DNA of 64,000 nt. Source: Eledone cirrhosa. Lineage: Eukaryota. Every line of letters starts with the position of its first letter. The stretch's first letter is position 1. The notes below the pieces were generated by a model. It saw only the letters and a program-made list of their open reading frames with translations. It was not told the origin of the DNA and did not search any database. Below are positions 45,488-57,825 of the stretch, one piece after another. The position numbers were made by a program, and so were the translations under genes. The stretch covers positions 40,672,001 through 40,736,000 of the forward strand of contig OZ024746.1 in NCBI GenBank assembly GCA_964016885.1. Direction: 5' to 3'.

Positions 45488-47619
45488 GCATTTATGCCGA
45501 ACATATATATCCTAGAAATAAATGATTAAATTATCATTTTTATCTTCCACGTGTCTTGACAATTTCAACGTGAATTGTAATGTTCTAAACATGATTTGCT
45601 GGCTTAGCTTCTTGTTACAAGATTTGTGAAACGTTGCTTTCACAAAGCTATTTGACACAATTTTTGTAATTTTCTGATATAGTTAAATAGTTGATCTGGG
45701 GTGCCCTTAAAAGCGATTGTTTCCTGAGATATTCTGATTACATATCTATAGTATCAGAGCTATACTCTTTCAATTCAGAGAGGTAGCGCACTCTATCGAG
45801 TAAACTTTACTCCAAAGACCTTTCGGAGGGGCCCCATTTCGGCCGCTTGTATTCTTTCGGTCTTTACATGACTATAAGTAAGGGTTTGCACGAATACCGA
45901 ATTGAAGATAGCAAATTTGGCTTTACACCTACCTCCTTTCTGATGATCGAATGCTAAAGCTAACACATTACTGCATCCACTCCTGCAATACTTACACTTA
46001 ATTCAGCCTACTTTCCATCAGACGTGAATATAGTCGCGAGATACTTGATTTTCAGTGGAAGTCCAGTGATATGCAGAGGAAGATGGTTGGATAACATCCT
46101 TGAGCTCGACTAACCTCGATGGGGATCAACTCGGATCAATTGGAAACAGTTGCTTCTGACAGGACCTGCTGGAAGGCATGCTCGAGGTTTACCTTCTTAT
46201 TGTAAGATTGTTGAATGGGTCAAAGAAAAGTGTTGTTAATGATTCGTGAAATGTTGCACTTACAAAGCAAAATGACACAACCTCTGCAGTTTTCCGATTA
46301 GCAATATAATGAAATAGTTGATATAGAGTAGGTTTGGATTAATCCAGTAAAATATATATCTTATTTATACAGCAAAGGTACCTTTTGCAGATAAATTGCT
46401 CGAATTTTTTTGAATAATTCTACGAAACTGAAATGTAGAAGTCGTGATTTCATTTCTTGCCCGTAGACAAAAGTCTCGCAGACATCAGTCTCTCAGCAAC
46501 AAGTTTTTTTTTCTATTATTATTCCGCTAATGGCTCTGTACATTATTCTGTATTAAGTCACGAACTAAATCCCACTCCCATCGACTCATTTATGTGGCAA
46601 CAGAACAAATAATGACAGAGGATGATTCTGGGATGGGACGGCAAACTAACAGAAATGTGAGGAGTAGCTTTATTTACAGTGCTGAAATTGCCTAGCTTCA
46701 CATGGGCATCGTTTAGAACAGAACTTTGTAAGCTAGTCTAAAAAATACAGACATGAAAAGAATATGTCATTTATGCACAAACATAATGCCTACTGCACTA
46801 GCTGTAATAATTAAAACTAACTTAGAGTTGAGAATAACAACTATGAGTGGAATAATTTGAATATTGTTCAATGTATTAAGATTATAATTAAGGTGTAATA
46901 TAATTTAGTTTGCGATATGTAAAGATTAGCTACAAAGTATAGGCTGAGTCATGTGGTGTCGGAAAATGATGTTTCTATGGTCATCTTAATAAAAAGAAAT
47001 TTGATATAACTGCAGAGCCTGGCGAAATATTTTTGTTTCCATAGTGACACAAACCGTCGTACTGTTATTACATATAATTACGTATTTTAATTCTGGCTTG
47101 GTGAAAGGTGAAAGGAAGACTGGGCCTGTAATTCCTGATAAAATCGTATGGGCGCAGTGCAGGTGGTATTTAAACATAATGATACCCATCCCTCTCCAGG
47201 TCGGAAAACAACTGGTTTCTTCCAGAGAAATAGCGAGAAAGAGAGCGGGAGGAAGTGAGAAAGATATAGAGGAAGAATCACCCACAGTATTGAACTGGCT
47301 CTTTATTTATTGATCTCGAAAGGAGGAAAGGCAAAGTTGACTCTGGCTGAATTTGAACTCAGAGCTGGAATGAATACAACAAATTATTCTACTCAACGTT
47401 TTAACAACTCTGCCACTTTTATGTTTACACCGTCAAGAAATTTATATTTTAAATGGCGTAGCCGGGGAAAGAAATGTTACTTTGATATTTGATATTATCT
47501 GTTCCGGTGCACCACTGTTTAGAGCCCCTTGTGTACATTTCGTCCTTTTGACATACAAGTTTCACAAAATTATCATCAGTAACACGCTGGATGGATTCTC
47601 CTCTACACATTTGTTTTCC

Positions 47620-47936
47620 CCTAAGTTCTCAAACTTTTGGAGTCACTCCCCCCCTTCCTCACGGCCGCGTAATACCCTCAGCGCCCCACCTCTATTTCCA
47701 GAGAGAACTGTCTACACGCAAATTGTAAATAATGATATAATATATACTATGTATAAATAAATATATTTTTTATTTTACTATATTTATATATATGTATCAT
47801 TTGATATTTTATATACAATTATATCAACTCTACTGTCACCCCCACCCCACTACTCCCTTAGGCTCCAGAATCCCCCTGGACCGCCTCAATGTCCCGGAGG
47901 GGGGGGGGGGGGTAACACCAACTTTGAGAACCTCTG
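47620..47936. mobile_element. hAT-like MITE (uninterrupted relative of 60595-61789)
   Basis: ..gttctcaaactttt ... ttgagaacctctg; inverted homology to the 60595-61789 element. Confidence 0.7.
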
Positions 47937-49749
47937 CCCTAACCGAACGAAATAATTTTATCTATAGTTCGTTCTCTTCTTTAGGCATAAGGAACTTCTC
48001 TCTTGCAGGAAACAGGATAACGAATCCGAATTCCTGTTTCTCAAAACTTCAGGGAGAAATTTCTCAATTAAGGAATATATATTCGTTAGAAATATTTTTT
48101 CTAATTCTATATTCAGGAGAATTAACCAATTTAAGATGTAGAATGTGTCACCCTATTTAACACCACCATTTGACTCTTTGTGTTTTTATTGCAATCATCC
48201 GAGCCAAGGTTTTGACTTGAGAATAACTTCCTTCCTCTCACTTCTCTCGGGGGATCTCGGGGGAAAAGAAAAAAAAAAAAAAAAAAGTGTCAGACAAGTT
48301 CTTCTTCCTCATTTGACTATAATATAAAAACAAAAAACAAAACAAACAAAAATGTAATACATAACTGACTTACACATCTTTCAATATAAACATACAATGC
48401 CGTTTATTATTAGTTGATAGAAGGGCGATGGATTGGCAACAACGGTAGAGCATCGGAAAGTTACGGCCCTTTACGTTCTGAGTTCAAATCTCGCCGAGAT
48501 TGGCTTTACCTTTCATCCTTACGGCCTCAATAAATTAAAGCACCAGTGAGTACCCCCCCCCCTTCAAATTGCTGGCCTTGTAGAAATAATTACGAGTCAG
48601 TAGAACAATATTTTGTCTTTAGATGAACTGATAATATTATCGATTTGAAACAATGTTTGTGTAAAACATTCCAAATATAGATTTACGCAGCATTTCTGTT
48701 TGATTGTATATATTTATGGATGATAAACATTAAACGAATGTAATGACTCTTACTGTGAATATGTCAGAAGTGTCATCTTTTATTTCTGCAAACTTGGTTT
48801 ACGAATGATGTCAATACTGATAAATTAATTATAAAAATATTTGGGTTTTGGATATCAAACGACGCAGTTTAATCCCATTCACATATATTATTTTTAGAGT
48901 ATTATGCAAAAGAGTGAAAATTTATAAAAATGAAAACTGTTAGGAAAATATTTAATTTTCTTACATAAATGTTAGTAAATGCGAAAAGAATAACATTAAA
49001 GTGACTACTATTCAAGAAGGCATATTTTTTAAAAGTCCAGCATTACAAAAAAAAAAAAAAAATTCGACGTGATCACATAATTTTGCCAGTTTGTGACGTC
49101 ATTTATTTGGTCATTTGTAACGTCATGCATTTGGCTTGTTACGACGTGTGTTTTTATTTATAGACAGTCCATTCTTTCTCCACTACGAATCAATATTTCT
49201 GCAGTGTGTATATATGAGTATATTATGAAAAGGTTTGATTATGATGCGAATGAATTTCATTTAAGGCAAATGATATCTTACTGCTGATCAAACATAAAAT
49301 GGGCTGGAAGAAAAGGGCTAAATACAGATGAGTGTGTTTTCTGAAGATAAATCCAAAATAGAAATATCTAAATGAAATGCGATGAAAAAGAAAAAAAAAA
49401 AAAATGGTTCCAAAACAATTCTTAACATCAGTCCAATTGAATTTGAAAGGAATGCAAGTCTGAAAGACATTACACCAGTGTCATCGAAAGAGCTGTCCTG
49501 TAAAACTGAAATGTGACTGAATGATCATATTGTGGGTTACGGGATTTAGGACAGCAGCAAGATTATAGTCGACTGCATATGTAGGAGTTCATTTTTTCAA
49601 TGAAAAATTAAATTCTCTTCCTGTAAGAGTGATAAAGTATGTCGACTGAAAGTCTGTGAAAAGTTTTAAAACCTTTTAAAAGTAATCATTCTCTCATTCT
49701 TTAATCATTCCATCTTTCATTCTAGCTTTCTCTCCTTTTTTTTTCAAAT

Positions 49750-50190
49750 TCACAAAAGCAAACATTTCTTTTTCTTGTTATAGGCGAGTTCATCAGTAGC
49801 TGGTACAAGCATAAAACCACCACTAGAAATACGGTCAACCTGTAGATCGTGCATAACGCGGGCTATGTCTTCAAACATGTCCAGAATACTTTTGTTATCA
49901 TGACTGGAGACCTTGTAAACTCCAGATAAAACACCGTCGCATTCATCTTTAAAGTTTTCCACGTCGGCTTCTGTGACAGCGCTCTCCGTTTCATCTCCAC
50001 ACATATTTCCACATAAGAAGATCTTGGCACCTTCAGCGTTCATTACAACGTCTAATATATATTGTGAAAGAATGGTAAATGTTTCTCGCTTCTCACAGCT
50101 GTAACACAAAAGAGCAGCATCTGCTCCACGATAGTAGCTGGAACCAATGAAGCTCATTCTTTCCATACCGCCTGTGTCCCAAAGGGTCAA
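49750..50190 (-). CDS. RabX6-like coding exon 2 (146 aa + stop)
   Basis: tctttcag acceptor at 50191-50193; LTLWDTGGMER...KKKKCLLL*. Confidence 0.92.
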   Translation of the reverse strand: MTLWDTGGMERMSFIGSSYYRGADAALLCYSCEKRETFTILSQYILDVVMNAEGAKIFLCGNMCGDETESAVTEADVENFKDECDGVLSGVYKVSSHDNKSILDMFEDIARVMHDLQVDRISSGGFMLVPATDELAYNKKKKCLLL

Positions 50191-50228
50191 CTGAAAGACA
50201 AAAACAAATTTAAATAGAAGTGTATGTA

Positions 50229-50275
<47 letters not shown>

Positions 50276-53200
50276 AAAGTAAATAGACATGAAAAAGCAA
50301 ACGGCAAAATACAATGAAGAAATATATTAGTTTTACGCTTGATATAGTAGGTAAAGAGTCTTAATGTTTCGAACGCTAGTACTTCATCAGAAAATAGAAT
50401 GAGAAATAGAAAGATAGGAGAGTGACAGTGGCAGAAAAAAAAAAAAAATTCTTGGAGAAAAGCCAGGCCTGTTCAGGTCCCCCCCCCCCCCCGCCACTCA
50501 TATATATATGGAAACAAACATAACTTTAGATTAACTCTCATCATATCCAAATTTCTTGGGACCATATTTTTTGTCTCAATACAACTTTCCCCTGAAGTTT
50601 CATAATTTCGTTTTAGATTAAATTAAAGTTTCTACGAAACTATAAGAAAACAGAGGTGGCGCGAGTCTTCTTTATCTTTTCTTTTTCACAGGCATTAGAC
50701 CACCGCGTGGGACCCCCATTTGCTCATAATAGTGAGAGATGGGGAGGGTGAGAGAGATGGAGACAATGACAGTGAGAGTTCGGCTCCTCTGTATTCAGAC
50801 CTGGTGTACGTATGTGTGTATGTTTACTTCTATTCATTCGATATGATAGTAACAAGTAGTACCAATAAAACACTATGTAGTCTCTTGTTTAATCTCACTG
50901 AATGGCACACTGAGCAAGTGTTCTTGGATGGTAGACTTAGTCCATCTCCCGGTTAAACATCATCACTTGACAGAGGTGATTTTGTTGTAAGTATTCAGAC
51001 CCCCTCCCCATTCTGAGGATAACTTCCTGCCTCTTCTCTCACTAGTTATGGAAAATCTGAAAAAGAGGATGGCTGCTGTCCTTCCACCGCTGACGAAGCC
51101 AGAACATATACAGACTTCCATTCACTATGGATTCAACCCATGATTTATGGTATGATACTTAAAGATCACTAGTGAAATACTTGTGTGTGTGTGTATTATA
51201 TAGTTCCATAACTGATATTTGAATAACCGATGCATAAAATATAGTCAAATTATGTAATGTACACGAGAAGTACATGAAACGTAAATATAAAATTATATTC
51301 CAAAAACTAATAAAAAAAACCCAAACTTTATAGTATACTAAAATATTTTAATGCCACGTCTTATCTTTCAGTCCATAAATGTTCAAACATTAAGGTATTA
51401 TGTACACAAGATTTAAAAAAAAATTGATGTATAAATAAAAGTAGCGTGGCTTTAATGAGGCAGTTTCCGTTGCTAAGTATAAGATATTCTGTGTCATGAC
51501 TTAAACAAAAAAAAAACGCATATAAAGTGGTTAAAAGGGTAGGCATGTGTAGAGTACTTGTATATCTCTATAGTTACTCACATTTATTGGTATTCCTCTG
51601 GATAAAGAAACTTGCTATATTATCATGTGTAATGAGTTAACTTAGCTGTTGTGTTACAGTACCAGCCATTTTGTAAATCACGGTTGTGATTTATATTGTA
51701 TTGGAAGAATACAATATAAGTAAAATGGAGCTCAAGTGTATCGACCTCCTAGCAGTGGGCCCTGGAAATTGATCTCTGATCTCAGCCAGGCGAACGACAA
51801 CAGCCCGAGACCAACTCATACTCAAAAAGAAGTAAAATAAGATTTACTACGTATGTTTGTGTGAAGCTCGTAAGCCACGACAGACTGAGAAAAGCATCTT
51901 ATTGATTTGCTACATTGGCGTAAGGTATACTTTAGTAGTGGAGAAGTCGTTATGGTTTAACCCCAGATCAACCAGACTTATAATCAAAGTAATTCCTGCT
52001 GTCTTTTCAGGGGTATCTACAATTTAATTAGCCAATGTATTTGCTTCATATTTTAAACAGCAGGGCAGGATTCAAGGCTCTTAAATATAGTGCGTCTGGC
52101 GACCACACAGAGGCTCTCGTGTTGGCTCATGTAGGAGAGAGGAAGTTGTAATAGATTGCAGTGGATAGTTGGTATTTATTTTATTGACCGTTGTTCCTAC
52201 AACGTTTGAAATTGGAATATTCAGAGTCAGAATTAACTGCAGTTTGACATCGAGTTCGGTAAACTGCTTTATGAGGGGCAGGTAATAAACCTGAACAAGT
52301 TTGTAGCTTTGTAACTCAATACCCGAAACGGACCTCCGTAGGTTTCGATGACGACTGTCCTAGTTGTTCGATCATCGGAATAGCATGCTAATGAAATATA
52401 CGCGTATTTCTCAGGGCGATTGAATGACAGTGTGAGGAAAGGGTAGCGATTCACCTTTGAATTACAAGCACAATCTATTTGACGGGCTTCGATACAGTTT
52501 CCATCTACCCACTTTCCCTCACAATAAACGATTAATTTCGACCGATATCATAATCTGGTATTTGCAGGTACTTCTTACCTGTGATCAGTATCGATGTGAA
52601 CCTGTCAACTCCAGATAACTTACACTACGTCTACTCTCTTATACTCTTCAACCAATTCTCCACAGCTGCCACACGCAATCTATTAACATCATTTAATGTC
52701 TATGAGACGAGGCAGGTCAAGAGATCATGTCTTGCTCAAACAAATGGCCTACTGATGTGTATATGTCAATTAGTAATTGGGGTGGGGGGTTGGGGATAAA
52801 AGTATCAGTAAAGTACAGGGGTTATTTTAACCAAGTTTGCCCTTCGCCCAAATTTGCTGGCCTTGTCCATAAATTAGAAATGCTACATAAATAAATAAAT
52901 GTAGGTGAAGTAGCGTCTTAGAAACTGGGAAGGAAAGAAGCTGCTGCTGTTAGTAGTAGCAGTAGCAGCAACAGTAGTTAACTGTGGCAGTTGATGTCAT
53001 TTCATGAAATTATTTTCTTTAAGCAACTGTTTATCTGTCTTTTAAATTAAATAAGTAGATAAAAGAATAAAAAGAATTTAAAAAAAAAAATAAAAAAAAA
53101 AAAAAAATGTTCATCATTCAAAACGCCCTTCTACTTATTTTAGCTCCCTGCCATCTTTCCTAGAAAACAAAGAATTCTACTCTCACTAGTTAAAATACAA

Positions 53201-53766
53201 CATTCATTTTTCAAATACTTTTTCTTACTTTATTGAAACAACAACAAAAAACAGAGGTGGAGGAAAGAATGAGTGAACGAGATAAAGAAAGTAAGGGTTA
53301 AAAATTAAATTATGAATAAGATGAAATATTTTTTTTTCCCTTTCTGGTTTGAACTCTCGCAGAAAACTACATTTGCAATCTTGTAAGAACGCAGGCATCA
53401 ATTTAAGGGGTGTTTGTTACATTAGACGATAAAGGGATGAATGGCGGGATCTGGGATGTCAGGTAAGTGGTTGGGAAGTGGGAGAAATTTCTAAAATTAT
53501 TTTTATCTTTTACTGAAAGGAAGAACAGAAACGACTGACGGAGAGCGAGAAGATATGAGTAAAAAGATTAAAAAAATTGATTGTTGCAATGATAATGATG
53601 ATGATAAAATAGGGTTTAATTTCCCAGAGTGGTTTTCATTTCGTTGAAGGATAGCTTGAAACAATGGAAGCAGCCCCCTTTTAAGAAACTGTAAATGGTG
53701 CGGGGTTGATATAGGCTACGATGTATTTCAGTTTTTATGTTTCCAGTGGGATGTGTTTGGTGATAA

Positions 53767-53825
<59 letters not shown>

Positions 53826-56800
53826 TAAGTTCGTATGCCGTCGGAAGAAAAGCTTTTGACGTTTCGGGCCAAATCGTATTTCGCTAGAGAGAGAGAGTTG
53901 TTTTCTTCATACTGGCCCATCATTTCAACACATTAAGCCATTCCTTTAACCATCTCTCGATATCAGGTATGTCCAACCACTAAGAGGTTTCAAACTTTAG
54001 GAAGCACATTGAACAAAGCACCGTATTTGCTCACGGAAAACCCCCTTCCTTCGGTCGGAAAAAATATTTGTCCTTCTTTTCCTACTCCTATCCCAACCAA
54101 ACTTCTTTTATGTATATATTTTATACAAAAATGCATCTACCTATATTTCTATTCCATTTATGTTAATTTAAACTTCACATTTTATTTTTAATACTGTTGA
54201 GCTATCCTTGGATATTGTCTTCCGTCATTACTGCATATACCAGCTTAAAACTTTTCTTTACAGATCTACTTAGTCGACCACCTAAGGTTCACGAAACCCA
54301 CTTTAACATTAAACGACTGTCCTTTTTTTTTCCAACCACTTCAAACTTCTCTATACAACTAAAAAAAACTACTTAAGAATGGCGGCTCCCTCCAAAATAA
54401 TTTTTTGAAGGTGCTTCGCCCAAAATATTTAGTTTCCGTTGTAACGTCATACTGTATACAGTGTTGTTTAAGTGGACATATTTTAACGGAACTACCCCGA
54501 ATCCTGCATATGGTCCTATGTTTATGAAAACAACAGATGAGTCAAAAGACTATATATTGTCGTCATCATAAACATCATCATCATTTTACTTCTATTGTCC
54601 ACACTTACATGGGTTATACAAGCTATCACGTACTGTAGCGAGACTGGTCATGTGACTAAATCTTACCCGCACTCCTTGTTTTTGGCTTGGTTTCAAAACA
54701 TCAACCACTTTACAGGGTGGATTGGGGTGCGTTTTTGTTGACACCAACACTACTACCAAAAGTGTGTATAGGAAAACGTTGTTACGGAGGGTGTTGCGCG
54801 GGAATAGCCATTTTAACTCGCGGGGTTTGCCCCTGCATGTAGCCAACTCCGCCTCGATAGTAGTGAGTAGGGATGTAGTCCAGGAGCCTAGAACGCCGAA
54901 CGTCTCCAGTGTTACAGGTTCGATGAGAAACCTATCAGAATCCGGTCTGACAAACAACGAAGCCTGGGTTAGACGTCAAATGGCAATTGACGTACTATTC
55001 ATTAACACAGTTGTTTTATTAGGATTGTAAGCAGTTCGGAATTGGATTATTGCTGGGCTTATAACACATACTATGTATGCTTAGTCCCGTAACTCCCAGG
55101 GCACCGTATTGATATACAGCGTTTCTTGGGCGTTTTTAAAAATTGGCGGAGCCCAATCCTCTCCATGTCTGAATACAGCAGATTTCTTCCAGAGAAGGAT
55201 AGAGTGAGATAGAGATAGAAGAAGAATCGACCCAAGTGCTTGACTGGTACTTCTTTTTATCGACTTCGAATAGATGAAAGGCAAAGTTGACCTCGGCGGG
55301 ATTTTAACTCAACGAGTAGAGAGCGAAAACGAATACCGCAAAGCATTTTATTCAACGTTCTAACGACTCTGCCGCTTTAGCATATTATTCTAAAGCTCTA
55401 AATTCTAAACTAATGTGGTATAAAGGTTAAAGACAGTAAAGCACTATAGTATAAAGTATGACGCTCGTAGAAAATGCAACTCTTGCTACTGGGTTAATGA
55501 AGGACTCAGTGTAAATCAACTTATATGGTGGGTAAACTCTAGTAACTTTTATATTAGCAGTAGCGCTAACACAACGGGATTCAGAATAGAATCGTATGTG
55601 AAAGCAAATACAATATGTTTATGTATAACAAACACACATAAGTCTCGCAGTGGGTATTATAAACTGTGATCATGATCCCAGTTACTTCAGTAACTACAAC
55701 TGAAGATGGATAAAGATCCTGAAATAATAGTGTTTGGAATTTTCACATGGTTACTATGTAGCTGTGATGATCACAGCTTAAAATACTTACAAGCAAGATT
55801 TACGTGTGTTTATTTATTATACATAAACATAGTGTATATGGTTCCATATACGCCCCTAAAATAACTTTTAGATATATTACAAACTAAAATGAAGCGTAAA
55901 AATAAGTAACTAGAGGTGCAACAAATGTTGTTTCAGGCTTGTTTAATTTGCTAAGAGCTATCGGAAAATGGTGTGTGGTCGTTAGTTTTTTCAACGGTCC
56001 TTTCTACATCTTCAGTCTTTTTAATTCTGAATCAACAACAGTCCAATGAAGGCCATTTTGAGAAATGTATGTATATATGGTAGCTCAGACGTTGTTTTTG
56101 ATAAGGGACGAGCTGTATGCGTAAGGGGAGGGAGCTACACACACTATGAATATAAGCACTTACGTACACTTTGCGCTTGATTGCTTTTAGTTAGCCCCAA
56201 TACAATAATTTTTTTGACTTGCCGTTTACGTTTCTTGACACACGTTTGTACCCACATCACACATACAAGTACTTAGAAAGATATATGCCAATATAGATAA
56301 TGTATGTACATTCCTCCAAACAAGAAGCATTGAAAGTAAGCACATATGAAACTGCCTAACTCACACCACATAAATAAATACATCATTCTCGTTATCTATT
56401 TATGTAGTGTGTCACCTCCTCTAACTATATCATGCATCATTATTATTTTAACAAGGGCGGTGGTTTGGCAGTATCGGTAGAGCGTCAGACACCATGCTCT
56501 GCAGCATAGAGTTATGGCCCTTTATGTTCTGAGTTCAAATTCCGCCAGGTTAACTTTGCCTTTCATCCTTACTGGGTCGATAAAATAAAGCACCAATAAT
56601 GCACTGATGTAATTGCTGGCCTTGTGCCAAAAGTAGAAACATTATTTTAACAAGTTTCCAACGGTAACTCTATACTATAGACAAATGAAAAATAAACAAA
56701 CACCCTTATCATCTATTTAGAAAACTTGGCTTTGTTTTTTTAGATGTTCCCTCTCTGTTCAATTGTATTCACCCAATGCTCGAACTATTTCTAAATATAG

Positions 56801-57776
56801 GTGAGTGTAGCATGGCCAAATGGTTAGGGAGTTTGCTTCGAAATTATTAGATTCCTGGGTTTGATCTCACTGCGTGACATCTTGGGCAAGTGTGACATGT
56901 CTTGTGAGTGAACCTTTGTCACATTTTTTTTTAAAATCAGGGCTATTTTATCCTATTTGCTATAGGACCTGCATCAATCTAATCCAGCACTGCCTCTGTT
57001 TTGTGTGTGTATTTCTTAGCATTTTTGAAGCCTGGCGAGTACATCAGATTTCTTGCAGAGAAAGATAGAAAGTGAGAGAGAGGAAATGTGAAAGAGATGT
57101 AGAGGAAGAACCAACCCTAGTACTAGAAAGGATGAAAGGCAAAGTTGACCTTGGCGGGATTTGAACTCAGAGAGCAGGAACGAATACCGCAAAGTTCTAA
57201 CGACTCTGCTAATTTGCCGCTTATTTTTCAATACCAGGGAGACATTTTATTTAAATGAATTTTATCACCAACTCTAGGCTTTTAAAAAGTATGCCGATGG
57301 ATTCCCAGGGGCTCCCGAAATCCCAGGACCCACAGACCACAGGTTGGGGACCACTGGAGGCAGTGTGTGGCTGGTTAATCTCTATTAAATAATTGTTTCT
57401 ACTTTTGGTACAAGGCCAGCAATTACCCAGTACATTACTGGTACTTTATTTTATCGACCCCGTAAGGATGAAAGGAAAAGTTGACCTCGACAGGATTTGA
57501 ACTCAGACCATAAAGGGACGTAACTATGCTGGAAAGCATGGCGTCCGACCCTCTACCGATACTGCCAATTCACCGCCCTATTAAATATCCCTATTAATAT
57601 TAAATAGATTGCGAGAATACATTAGAAGACAAGGAATTTGTTAGGCTTGGCAATTTAAGGTGTGAAGGATAGCATGTCACATTCAGCGGAGTAGTTGAGT
57701 ACATATAGACGTGGGATGGGGTTATTAGGTGAAGAAGAGTTATAGTAGTAATGAGAGACAAAGAAGGGTGAGGGGG

Positions 57777-57825
<49 letters not shown>

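Noticed and set aside
47545-47585. Minus-strand CTGATGA...GAAAC..GTC
   Set aside because: No credible helix I or II pairing; probably chance
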